DNA of 64,000 bases, taken from NCBI GenBank assembly GCA_026416955.1, contig JAOAEE010000051.1:1592-65591 (forward strand), given 5' to 3'. A model generated the notes under the pieces. That model was given only the letters and a program-made list of their open reading frames with translations. It was not told the origin of the DNA and made no database searches. This document shows positions 1-9,465 of this stretch, one piece after another (the stretch's first letter is position 1; each line of letters starts with the position of its first letter). The translations under genes and the position numbers were made by a program. The stretch comes from Ignavibacteria bacterium (lineage in GTDB: Bacteria; Bacteroidota; Ignavibacteria; Kapaibacteriales; UBA2268).

Positions 1-2
1 GT

Positions 3-1778
3 TATCCCTTTCAACCAGAAGTTATAGATGTGTTGTATCAAAGGTGGGGTAGTTTCCCTACATTTCAAAGAACAAGAGGTGTTTTGCGAATATTAGGCTT
101 AGTAATATATACATTAAAGAACAAGCAGATTCCAATAATTAGGTTGTGCGATTTCGACTTAGGTTATAGTGAATTGCGGATGGAATTGCTAAAGTTTATT
201 GGGCAAGAGTATGATAGTGTTTTGTCTGCCGATATTACATCTGTGGATTCTGGAGCAAAGAAAGTGGATAATTCTTTAGGCGAGTCTTATAAACCGTATC
301 AGTTTGGTACAAAGTGCGCGACTACCATTTTTATGTATTCTTTCTCTGGTGGAGTTGAAAAGGGAGCAAAGGCAAACGAAATAAAATTGGCTTGTGCGCA
401 ACCAGAGGTTAACAGTAGTATTATTGTCGAAACTTTACAAAAATTAAAAGAAAATTTGTTTTATTTGTCCGATGCTGGATATTATTTCACAAACCAACCT
501 AATTTAAATAAAATATTGTACAACAAAATCGAAATGATTGATGAAGTTGAATTGAAAGAAAACGAATTTTCGATTTTAAAAAATATGACTAAAAGCGAAA
601 AATTAAGTGTGTACTTGGAAGTAAAGAATACAAAAGACGTTCCAGACACAATTGAAATGAAGCTAGTGATTATGAATTGGTTCGACAAAGGAAAATGTGA
701 TGAAATATTAAAAAGTTGTGGAACATACCCGAGGGTCTATATTAATAATATTTTCTTCCTATGTCCAGTTGAAAGCGAAAGGCAAGCATTTTTGCTATTT
801 TTACGAAAAAAATTGGCTTGGGAAAAGATTTCCCAAGATAAAAAATTGAATTTGACCCCGGAGCAAGAAAAAGAAACTAACGAAAGGCTAAAGAGGTTGG
901 AAAACGACCTTCCTTACGAGTTGAGAAAATCCTATAGAATGCTTTTAATTCCAAGTAAAGACGGTTTTAAAGAGCTAGACCTTGGTTATCCTACTTATGG
1001 TAAAGTAATGTCAATACCTGATGAAGTATATGAAAGGTTAAGAAATGAAGAAGAAATATTAGAAAATCTTCATTATTCGGTAATTTTAGACAAATATTTG
1101 AGGATGAAAGATTATGTAGAAACTTTAAATATATACAATAGTTTTCTTCAAACCCCGGGAGAATTAAGGATTATTTCAAAGGAAGTTTTAGTAAAGTCTA
1201 TAAGAGAAGGGGTTTATGAAGGTGTTTTTGGATTAGGGAAATTGGAAAATAATGAACCAGTTTGCCTTTATTTTAAAAAGAGCACCGACCCACAATTAAC
1301 GGAAGGAGAGCTAATAATCAAGAAGGAATTGTGTGTTTTGCAAAGTACCTTGGGGGAAAAAATTAAAACTTTAGAAGATAAAATTTATAATATTAAGAAC
1401 AAGGAAGAATTTCAAGATTTAAAAAAAGAAATTGAAAATGACCCAATCATCCCTTATGATACCAAGGAAAAGTTGAAAAGTAAAATTGAAGAAAAAATAA
1501 TTGGTATTGATTCAGAATTGAAATCAACAGAAAAGATAAAAAATATTAATTTAAAATTTGAAATACCTTTTGGTAAATGGTCAGATTTGGCAAATTTGTC
1601 TAAAATATTGCAAAGTCATTTTAGAAATTGTTTAGTTTCAATAGAATTCAACCTAAGCGATGGTACTATGGATAAAAGAGATTACGAAGATAAAGTAAAG
1701 GAAGCACTTATTCAAATGAACGCAAAAATTCTTTTAGAACAACTTAGTAAAGAAGAAGGTTTTTTGGAATTTGAATAG
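3..1778 (+). CDS. DUF499/COG1483-family protein (AAA-like ATPase found in defence-island gene sets), C-terminal ~590 aa; the 5' end lies upstream of the window
   Basis: The frame is open from base 3 (YPFQPEVIDVLYQRWGSFPTFQRTRGVLRILG...) with a stop at 1776-1778. The FQRTRGVLR segment and the NNIFFLCP...LAWEKI region match my memory of DUF499. Not searched. Confidence 0.55.
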   Translation, partial: YPFQPEVIDVLYQRWGSFPTFQRTRGVLRILGLVIYTLKNKQIPIIRLCDFDLGYSELRMELLKFIGQEYDSVLSADITSVDSGAKKVDNSLGESYKPYQFGTKCATTIFMYSFSGGVEKGAKANEIKLACAQPEVNSSIIVETLQKLKENLFYLSDAGYYFTNQPNLNKILYNKIEMIDEVELKENEFSILKNMTKSEKLSVYLEVKNTKDVPDTIEMKLVIMNWFDKGKCDEILKSCGTYPRVYINNIFFLCPVESERQAFLLFLRKKLAWEKISQDKKLNLTPEQEKETNERLKRLENDLPYELRKSYRMLLIPSKDGFKELDLGYPTYGKVMSIPDEVYERLRNEEEILENLHYSVILDKYLRMKDYVETLNIYNSFLQTPGELRIISKEVLVKSIREGVYEGVFGLGKLENNEPVCLYFKKSTDPQLTEGELIIKKELCVLQSTLGEKIKTLEDKIYNIKNKEEFQDLKKEIENDPIIPYDTKEKLKSKIEEKIIGIDSELKSTEKIKNINLKFEIPFGKWSDLANLSKILQSHFRNCLVSIEFNLSDGTMDKRDYEDKVKEALIQMNAKILLEQLSKEEGFLEFE

Positions 1779-2006
1779 CGGTCAGATTAGCGGTAACTTA
1801 AAAAATTTGTTAAAGTAGATTAAAATAAAATTTATTTTGAACTTTTAATAAATATTAGCATAATGAAAGGTCTTTTAAAAAGTTTTAAAAATTAATGGAA
1901 AAATTAATTTTTTTAATTAATTTTTTTTTATTAATTTTATAAATTGAATAATTAAGAAGAATGTTAATGGTTTGTTGTTATTAATAAAATAAAAGGGGGT
2001 TGCACT

Positions 2007-5000
2007 ATGAAAAAGTTACTTTTTTCTGCACTTTTTCTTGTTTTCGTTTGTTCATACCTTTTCGCCACACCAGTTCCAAATGAACTTCTCGCTCGCAAAA
2101 GTATCATTTTCGTCGAAAACAAAGGTCAGATAGTTGACCAGTACGGAAAAGTGAACAAGGAAGTTCAATTTGTTGCCCAAGTGGATTTCGGAATTATTGT
2201 TGTGAAAAACAACACTATTAGTTTTACTTTTATTAGAAAAGGACAGGAAGTAATTGATGCTAAAAGCGAAAAGTTGGATAAGCCTCTTGGTGCTGAACTT
2301 GGACGATTACCCGAAGGAGAAAAGATTGCTTCTTTCGACATTTATCGTGTCGATATGAAAGTTTTGAATGCAAATCTTAATCCTCGTTTCATTTCCAAAG
2401 AGATGCAGCCTGATTGGGATAATTACTATTTACCTCATTGCCCAGATGGAATTACTTTTGTACGAAGATATGCAACAGTGGTAATGGAGGAAATTTATCC
2501 CGGAATTGATTTTGTTCTTTATGGAAACAAAGAAAACAAATTCCAATATGATTTTGTATTGAAACCTGGTGCAGACCCAAGAAAAATCGCATTTAAATTC
2601 GAAGGGGCAACAGATGTTCAAATTACTGATAATGGTACTTTGAAAGTAACAACACCACTTGGCACGATTGAACAAGCTCCGCCAATTGCATATCAATTAC
2701 CCAATCTTGATTCTTATGTTAACTCCCGCGAGCTATCTTTGTTTGCGAAGCAAGTAGAAAGCAAATTTGTAAAAAATAGTGATGGTGTAATTTCTTTCTT
2801 TGTCGAAAATTATGACCAATCAAAACCATTAATTATCGACCCACCGACAAGATTGTGGGGAACATATTACGGTGGAAGTAGTACAGAAATTGGTTATGCT
2901 ATTCATGCCGATGTAAATGGAAACTCGTATATTACTGGTTACTGCTATTCTACTAACAATATTGCTACTTCCGGTGCTTTCCAAACCACCCTTAATACAA
3001 CTCCTGATGCGTTTTTAGTAAGGTTCAATGCTAACGGTGTTCGTCAATGGGGTACATATTATGGTGGGAATAGCACCGATTATGGTTTTGGACTTAGTTC
3101 GGACAATTTTGGTAATGTTTATTTAGGTGGCTATACTTATTCAACTAATGTCATTGCCTCAAGCAATGGGCATCAAACAACAATTAGCACAACTCCAGAT
3201 TGCTTCCTTGCTAAATTCGATGCAAATGGGGTTCGTCAATGGGGTACATATTATGGTGGCGACAATACTGATATATGTTATTCTTGTGCTGCAGATGGAA
3301 GTGGCAATGCTTATCTTTTAGGTTATTACACTTATTCTACTAATAATATTGCTACATCAGGTGCACATCAAACTTCATTAAGTTCTACTCCCGATGGATT
3401 TCTTGTAAAGTTTAATACAAATGGTGTGCGCCAATGGGGTACTTATTATGGTGGGAATAGCTCCGATTACTGTTTTTCAGTTTATTGTGACGGAAGCGGA
3501 AATGTTTATTTTGGAGGTTATACTTATTCATCGACTAATATTGTAACGTCTGGGGCGCATCAAACTACTTTATCTACTACACCTGACTGTTTTGTAGTAA
3601 AGTTCAATACCAATGGTGTTCGCCAGTGGGGAACATATTACGGGGGGAATAATACCGATTTATTATACTCTTTGTTTGCTGACAATGATGGAAATGTTTA
3701 CTTTACTGGATATACCTATTCTACTGATGCTATTGTAACATCAGGTGCATATCAAACAACATTAAGTACTACACCAGATGCTTATGCTGTAAAATTAAAC
3801 ACAAATGGTGTTCGCCAATGGGGAACATATTATGGTGGTAACAATAGTGATTATGGTATGGGTATTGCTGCTGATGGGAGTGGAAATGTCTATGTTGGTG
3901 GTTATACTTATTCGAGCGATAGAATTGCTTCCCCAGATGGATTTAAGACTACATTAGCAACAACCCCAGATGCCTGGTTAGCATTAATCAATCCTGATGG
4001 GCGTTCCCGAAAGTGGGGAACCTACTACGGTGGAAACAATACTGACCTAATTTATTACAACTGTGTACGCGTTGATGGGCAAGGGAATCCATTTATTGGT
4101 GGTTATACATATTCTACCGATATTGACCAAATAGCAACTTCCAATGGCCACCAATACTCTTACAGTGGTACTCCTGAAGCGTTCCTTGTAAAGTTCCAAG
4201 GAGAAGTCAAACAAAATGATGCAGGAATTGTAAACATTACTAGCCCAGTTGATAAATTCGATTCATATCAACCGCAACAAGTTAAAGTTATGTTAAGAAA
4301 TTTTGGAAAACATTTTAGACTTACAAGTGTAACGATCAACTGGTCGGTAAACGGAGTAACACAAACACCTTTCAATTGGACGGGTAATTTGGACACTGGG
4401 CAAACTGTTGAAGTTGTTATACACCCAAGTTATCGCTTTATTCCGCAAGCACCTTGGGGACCTTTTGTAGTGAGAGCCTGGACATCTAATCCCCGTGGAC
4501 CAGATGCAAACGCAAATAATTTACCCGATGGTGACCCAACTAATGATGCGTTTACAAAGAATATTACTCCAATTCTTAACGATGCTGGCTTTTTGAATGC
4601 TGATGGAATGCTTCCAATTGAACCGGGAGTTAATGTAGTTAAGTTGCGAATTAGAAATTATGCTCCGAAACCGTTGACATATGTTAGAATTAATTGGTGG
4701 GTTAATGGTGTTCAGCAAACCCCATTCGATTGGAATGGCAATTTAGCCGCACAGGATTCTATTGATGTTGCTGTCGGAACTTACGACTTTGGAACTGCAA
4801 ACTTACCATTTTACATTAAGGCCGCAACTCAATTTCCAAATGGTTTCCCAGATGATAACCCAGATAATGATGAAAGGACTGTTGTTGTTTACAAAGCACT
4901 TGCAGGAGGAACGTATACAATAGGTGGGCGAAATCCAGACTTTAATACGTTGATTGATTTTACTAGTTACATTAGCTATTGGGGAATTGCAGGACCAGTA

Positions 5001-7949
5001 ACCCTTAAACTAAGACCTGGTACATATGATGGAGGGGTTCTCTTGCAACCTGTTGGTTATAGACAATTTCCAATTACATTTGAATCTTTTACTGGCAGGA
5101 ACGACGATGTTATTATTCAATTCACACCAACAAGTAGTTCAAACAACTTTGTTGTTTGGATTGATAGATTAAGTGGGGTAACATTCCGCAACCTTACTTT
5201 AAGAAACAATAGTTGTACTTGGGGAAATGTAATTAGACTAACTGGTAATATCAAAGGATTAACAATTGAAAATTGTACGCTTATTGGTTGTCAGAACCCT
5301 GCGAAAACTACTACTTTTGCACTGATTATTTCAGATAATAGTATATTGGATAATTTCAAGATTGTTAATTCAACACTAAGGAATGGCTCCGTAGGAATTT
5401 ATCTAATGTCGCCAACTGGTACAAATTCGAATAATATGGATATTCTTAACAACATCTTTGTTGGGCAAAACTGGTACGGTGCCTATCTCGACGGTTTAAT
5501 CACATATAATTTTAATGATAATACTATTTCTGGAATCAATTTGGTTTATGGAATTTTCGTTAATTCTCGTAATCTTGGAATACTTACTAATAGTAAAGAT
5601 GACTTAGGACCTTCTCCGCTTGCCACTGGAAATGTGTTCTCTGGAAATAGGATTAGTGGTCTTGGTCCGGCAACATCAACTGCTTTGAACAATCCAAATG
5701 CTGGTATTTCTGTTCAAAACGGTCTTAGCCCAGTTGTAATATCTGGGAATACCATAATGGCTACAAATACCAATGGAATTTTTGTAAGCAATGTTAATTC
5801 TGTAACTATTAGTAATAACCAATTTACTCAAAGTTCCACTGGTTCCTTCCAAAAAGGTTCAATTGTTTTATTCAATTCTGGTGCACAAAACATCATGATT
5901 GATAAGAACTTTGTAACAAACTCGAACACACGCGGAATTTACCTCGAAAATTCTTTGAATTCTAAGATTTATAAAAATATCATAAAACTTAGCGGTGGTA
6001 ACTATGGACTCCATCTGCTTACATCTTCAGCTATTATTGCCAACAATATTGTATCTACTCTAAATTCAGGTGCTTTATTCTTAGATAGAGTTACCAATAC
6101 CTGGATGGTTTATAATTCATATGTTGGTACAAATAGTGGTCCGATTGCATATCTAAATAGCCTTGGTAGCGGTAATTTCTTCAAGCGAAATATGATATAC
6201 AACCGGGGGACTGGAAACGCTATTCAAATAGCTGGAACAGCACCGACTGGAATAGTATCCGATGAAAATAATATTTACACGGCCGGTTCAATCCTTGTTA
6301 GTGGCATTTTTGGAAATATTGCAAACTTGCAAGCTTGGAGAAACGTGACCGGATTAGACCGTAATTCATCTTCTGTAGCAGCAGAGTTTTTATCGGATGA
6401 TAACCCAAGAGTTGCAAAAATTAATCGTTCACTCTATTACACTTATCCAATTGCGGAGTTAGGTCCACTTTCCGATGAAATAGAAAAATTTGATATTGAT
6501 GGCAACCCAAGAAACAAGGCATTCTACATTGGTGTTAATACACTTAACCCAGTTATTAGAATTACTACTCCACCCAAAGAGGTTATTAATTGTGTTGGCT
6601 CTACTGGTAATTTCTTCTCTGTGGTAGCTGAAATAGACTTTGGTGGAACTCTCTCATATCAATGGTATTATAATGATAGAGAGATACCTGGGGCAACAGA
6701 AGCCATCTATTCCTTACCACCATTGAAATTCGAAATGGGTGGTGTTTATAAATGTAGAATAACTGGCAATGGTGAAGCCGACCCAGTATGGACTGACCCA
6801 GTTCTTCTTTATGCTGTTGAAAAAACACAAATTACAAGACAACCCAAAGTTGTTTATGCAACAACTGGCTCTGTTGCAACATTTGAGATTGACGTTCATA
6901 TTACTCCGGGTGATAATCCACTGCTTCAACCAAAGGTTCGCTGGTACAGAGGAACTACTCCATTAGTCGATAATGATAGGATTGCTGGAACAAATTCATC
7001 TATTATGACTATACGAGATTTACGACCCGCTGACTTTGGTGGTAATTACATTGCAATTGTCGAAGGATTGTGTGGACGTGATACTTCCGACCCGATTTCT
7101 TTGGCAGAAAAACCAAGAATAGTTGCTCAACCTTTACAAGATAAACAAGTTTGCGAAGGTGAAGACGTTACTATTACTGTCAACGCTTCGTCCACAGTTT
7201 CCGGATTTACATTGAAATATCAATGGAAGTTTAATGGTGTCGACCTCGAAGAAGGTGGAAAATATTCTGGAGTAAATACCCCAAGTTTAACGATTACGAA
7301 TGTTAATCAAAACGATGCTGGACTTTATAGCGTAGCTATTGAGATTGAAGGCTTCGATAAGACAACAGTTGGTCCGATTACTTTAGCTGTATTCAAGAAA
7401 CCTCAAATAGTTAGCGATTTACCTGCGACATATCAAGTTAATACTGGGCAACCAATAATTCTCACAATCGGTGCAAACGGAGACAATTTAAGTTATCAAT
7501 GGTACAAGAACAATCAAGAACTTAATTTCACAGGGCCTTCCTTAGAGATTACTTCCGCAAAGACAGAAGATGCTGGTACTTACAAGGTAAAAGTTTACAA
7601 TCAATGTGGCGAGGTCTGGAGTAAAGAATGTGTTGTTTCAGTAACATTTAAGACTATTTTGGATGTCCCCGGAGAATTCAACGATGTCCAATTGTTCCAA
7701 AATAAACCAAACCCATTCGAGAACATTTCAAGGATTGAGTTTTTCTTGCCCGAAAGAGGTTTTGCAAGAGTTACCCTTAGCAATTTGTTAGGTGACGTAA
7801 ATATTAATTTGCTTAATTCAGAACTTAGCGCTGGTCTCCACACACTCGAGGTTAACGCTGAAAAACTAAATCTTTCTAGTGGAGTTTATATTTACACTCT
7901 CGAATATGCAGGGAAGAAGTTTTCGAAGCGACTAATTGTTAATAGGTAA
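2007..7949 (+). CDS. Giant secreted multidomain surface protein (1980 aa): SBBP-type beta-propeller, CARDB-like, parallel beta-helix and Ig-like modules, then a T9SS C-terminal sorting domain
   Basis: SD aaggggg lies upstream and the signal peptide is MKKLLFSALFLVFVCSYLFA. It has an FVENKGQ N-terminal module and 7 WGTYYGG...GNVY..GYTYS repeats. Two NDAG...NW.VNGV.QTPF.W.GNL modules follow, then a long Asn/Ile-rich beta-helix-like region and 4 YQW(Y/K).N...AG.Y modules. The C-terminus is NKPNPFENISRIEF...GVYIYTLEYAGKKFSKRLIV. Confidence 0.9.
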   Translation: MKKLLFSALFLVFVCSYLFATPVPNELLARKSIIFVENKGQIVDQYGKVNKEVQFVAQVDFGIIVVKNNTISFTFIRKGQEVIDAKSEKLDKPLGAELGRLPEGEKIASFDIYRVDMKVLNANLNPRFISKEMQPDWDNYYLPHCPDGITFVRRYATVVMEEIYPGIDFVLYGNKENKFQYDFVLKPGADPRKIAFKFEGATDVQITDNGTLKVTTPLGTIEQAPPIAYQLPNLDSYVNSRELSLFAKQVESKFVKNSDGVISFFVENYDQSKPLIIDPPTRLWGTYYGGSSTEIGYAIHADVNGNSYITGYCYSTNNIATSGAFQTTLNTTPDAFLVRFNANGVRQWGTYYGGNSTDYGFGLSSDNFGNVYLGGYTYSTNVIASSNGHQTTISTTPDCFLAKFDANGVRQWGTYYGGDNTDICYSCAADGSGNAYLLGYYTYSTNNIATSGAHQTSLSSTPDGFLVKFNTNGVRQWGTYYGGNSSDYCFSVYCDGSGNVYFGGYTYSSTNIVTSGAHQTTLSTTPDCFVVKFNTNGVRQWGTYYGGNNTDLLYSLFADNDGNVYFTGYTYSTDAIVTSGAYQTTLSTTPDAYAVKLNTNGVRQWGTYYGGNNSDYGMGIAADGSGNVYVGGYTYSSDRIASPDGFKTTLATTPDAWLALINPDGRSRKWGTYYGGNNTDLIYYNCVRVDGQGNPFIGGYTYSTDIDQIATSNGHQYSYSGTPEAFLVKFQGEVKQNDAGIVNITSPVDKFDSYQPQQVKVMLRNFGKHFRLTSVTINWSVNGVTQTPFNWTGNLDTGQTVEVVIHPSYRFIPQAPWGPFVVRAWTSNPRGPDANANNLPDGDPTNDAFTKNITPILNDAGFLNADGMLPIEPGVNVVKLRIRNYAPKPLTYVRINWWVNGVQQTPFDWNGNLAAQDSIDVAVGTYDFGTANLPFYIKAATQFPNGFPDDNPDNDERTVVVYKALAGGTYTIGGRNPDFNTLIDFTSYISYWGIAGPVTLKLRPGTYDGGVLLQPVGYRQFPITFESFTGRNDDVIIQFTPTSSSNNFVVWIDRLSGVTFRNLTLRNNSCTWGNVIRLTGNIKGLTIENCTLIGCQNPAKTTTFALIISDNSILDNFKIVNSTLRNGSVGIYLMSPTGTNSNNMDILNNIFVGQNWYGAYLDGLITYNFNDNTISGINLVYGIFVNSRNLGILTNSKDDLGPSPLATGNVFSGNRISGLGPATSTALNNPNAGISVQNGLSPVVISGNTIMATNTNGIFVSNVNSVTISNNQFTQSSTGSFQKGSIVLFNSGAQNIMIDKNFVTNSNTRGIYLENSLNSKIYKNIIKLSGGNYGLHLLTSSAIIANNIVSTLNSGALFLDRVTNTWMVYNSYVGTNSGPIAYLNSLGSGNFFKRNMIYNRGTGNAIQIAGTAPTGIVSDENNIYTAGSILVSGIFGNIANLQAWRNVTGLDRNSSSVAAEFLSDDNPRVAKINRSLYYTYPIAELGPLSDEIEKFDIDGNPRNKAFYIGVNTLNPVIRITTPPKEVINCVGSTGNFFSVVAEIDFGGTLSYQWYYNDREIPGATEAIYSLPPLKFEMGGVYKCRITGNGEADPVWTDPVLLYAVEKTQITRQPKVVYATTGSVATFEIDVHITPGDNPLLQPKVRWYRGTTPLVDNDRIAGTNSSIMTIRDLRPADFGGNYIAIVEGLCGRDTSDPISLAEKPRIVAQPLQDKQVCEGEDVTITVNASSTVSGFTLKYQWKFNGVDLEEGGKYSGVNTPSLTITNVNQNDAGLYSVAIEIEGFDKTTVGPITLAVFKKPQIVSDLPATYQVNTGQPIILTIGANGDNLSYQWYKNNQELNFTGPSLEITSAKTEDAGTYKVKVYNQCGEVWSKECVVSVTFKTILDVPGEFNDVQLFQNKPNPFENISRIEFFLPERGFARVTLSNLLGDVNINLLNSELSAGLHTLEVNAEKLNLSSGVYIYTLEYAGKKFSKRLIVNR
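2850..4205 (+). repeat. Seven tandem in-frame repeats of about 192 nt (64-65 aa) encoding the WGTYYGG beta-propeller blades
   Basis: Near-identical stretches such as ggtgttcgtcaatggggtacatattatggtgg recur at about 3037, 3229, 3424, 3616 and 3808. The protein repeats start RLWGTYYGG, then RQWGTYYGG five times, then RKWGTYYGG. Confidence 0.85.
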
Positions 7950-7979
7950 TTTTTGAAATATTATCTTTTCGGAAGAAAG

Positions 7980-8010
7980 GGGCACTCGAAAGAGTGCCCT
8001 ATTCTTTTTT
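7980..8010 (+). terminator. Rho-independent terminator after the giant surface-protein gene
   Basis: Stem gggcactc, loop gaaa, stem gagtgccc, followed by tattctttttt. Confidence 0.8.
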
Positions 8011-8028
8011 ATTAAATATCTTTTAGAA

Positions 8029-8036
8029 TAATTTTG
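8029..8036 (+). promoter_or_regulatory. Orphan TAATTTTG box (promoter -7-like) facing a gene-free spacer
   Basis: Exact octamer identical to the boxes upstream of hslU, guaA, tRNA-fMet and others. No + strand ORF follows it. Confidence 0.2.
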
Positions 8037-8391
8037 TTAAATAATATATAAATAAATTTCAATTAACACTTCTATAAAATCACAAAAAAATAAAAATTTG
8101 AAAGAGACTAATTCTTTGATATATTAAGATTAATATTAAACTAATTTCTTAATGAATATTAAGGAATTGTTGAAAGTGGTCTAAACAAAAAATTCTTGGA
8201 GCAATTTTTTAGATATTTATCGTTTTACATTTTTAAAAATATAGAGCGGTATGTTTTTTACAAAACAAAGTAAATACCCTAGTAAAATTTTCAATTTTTT
8301 TTCAAAAGAATAACGATGGGAAAAAGATTAGAGTTTGAGGATTAAAAAAAACTACTGTTTTTACGAGGTGTAAATATGTGAAGTAATGAAA

Positions 8392-9063
8392 TTATTTTGA
8401 TACAATATTAAGCAACCCTTTGGAAAACCTTCCACCAAATCGAAATCTTTCTGAATAGTAACCTTCGGATATGTGTGTTATTATTACACCCCTTCCAGTA
8501 GAGGAATGAGCAAAAATACCGTTTCCCAAATATATTCCGACGTGTCCAATCCTTTTGGACTTTCTGTTTGTTCCCGAGAAAAAAATCAAATCGCCAAATG
8601 TTAGTTCTTTCAAATCATATATAGGGGTAAACAATTTCGATTGTGTTTCTGCATTTGCTGGAAAATGAATGCTTAATGTTTTAGAAATAATTTGGGCAAC
8701 AAAATTAGAGCAATCAACCCCACTTTTGGATGAGCCAGCCAATTTATATGGTGTTCCGAGCCAAAGAAGAATATTGTTTAGCAGTTTTTCTTTTAAATAG
8801 TTATTGGAGAAAATGTTAATTGGCTTAGAAGGTGAAGTGAAATGAATATTGCTGATATTATCGAACGAAATGTTTTCAAAACCGAGTAAATATGTTTTTA
8901 GTTTAATCAAAGATTGGTAAAGTAAGTTTTGTTTTTTAGAATGTAAATTAATTGTTTGTTTTTTTGCTTTTTTAATTTTTGTAAAGGATTTTTGGGGGAA
9001 AACTAAAGCGAACAAAGCAACTAAAATTAGTGTACTAGCATAAATACTAAAAAATTTCCTCAT
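8392..9063 (-). CDS. NlpC/P60 (C40) family cell-wall peptidase, secreted
   Basis: Motifs GTPYKLAGSSKSGVDCSNFV (catalytic Cys) and IGHVGIYLGNGIFAHSS. The start is placed at the ATG giving MRKFFSIYASTLILVALFALVF, a signal peptide. The tracked ORF start at 9120 is a TTG. Confidence 0.85.
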   Translation of the reverse strand: MRKFFSIYASTLILVALFALVFPQKSFTKIKKAKKQTINLHSKKQNLLYQSLIKLKTYLLGFENISFDNISNIHFTSPSKPINIFSNNYLKEKLLNNILLWLGTPYKLAGSSKSGVDCSNFVAQIISKTLSIHFPANAETQSKLFTPIYDLKELTFGDLIFFSGTNRKSKRIGHVGIYLGNGIFAHSSTGRGVIITHISEGYYSERFRFGGRFSKGLLNIVSK

Positions 9064-9465
9064 TTTCTGTTGTCGATTTTTAACAAAGTGCAAAATATCT
9101 TTGTGAAAATAAATTGACAATTAAATGTTTCTTAAAATTTGTTAATGAAATATATTAAAGTGTGGAGCTCTTTAATAAAGTAGGATTAACTTAGACAAAA
9201 TTCGTTATTTTTAAGATTTTTGGGTAAGTGCTTAATAATTTAATTGCTTATTCCCAAGTTTCCACATTAATAATATTTGAAAATTGAAGAATAAAAAGTT
9301 ATGATAGAATATAAAATTAATAAGTTCAAGATAAAATATATGTTATTAATTTGATTTAAGGATAACAAGGTTATTAATCAAAAAAGAAGAAATAATATGT
9401 TTAGATATCTAATGATTAACTTACTTGAAAAAAAACGTAAAGTATTAATAAATTATTCAAGAAAA

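Noticed and set aside
1885-1940. Repeated ATTAAT/TTAATT units spaced about 12-13 bp apart upstream of the giant adhesin gene; considered as operator repeats or a curved-DNA element.
   Set aside because: The units are short and degenerate, and the spacer is almost pure A/T, so chance recurrence is likely. There is no dyad of convincing length.
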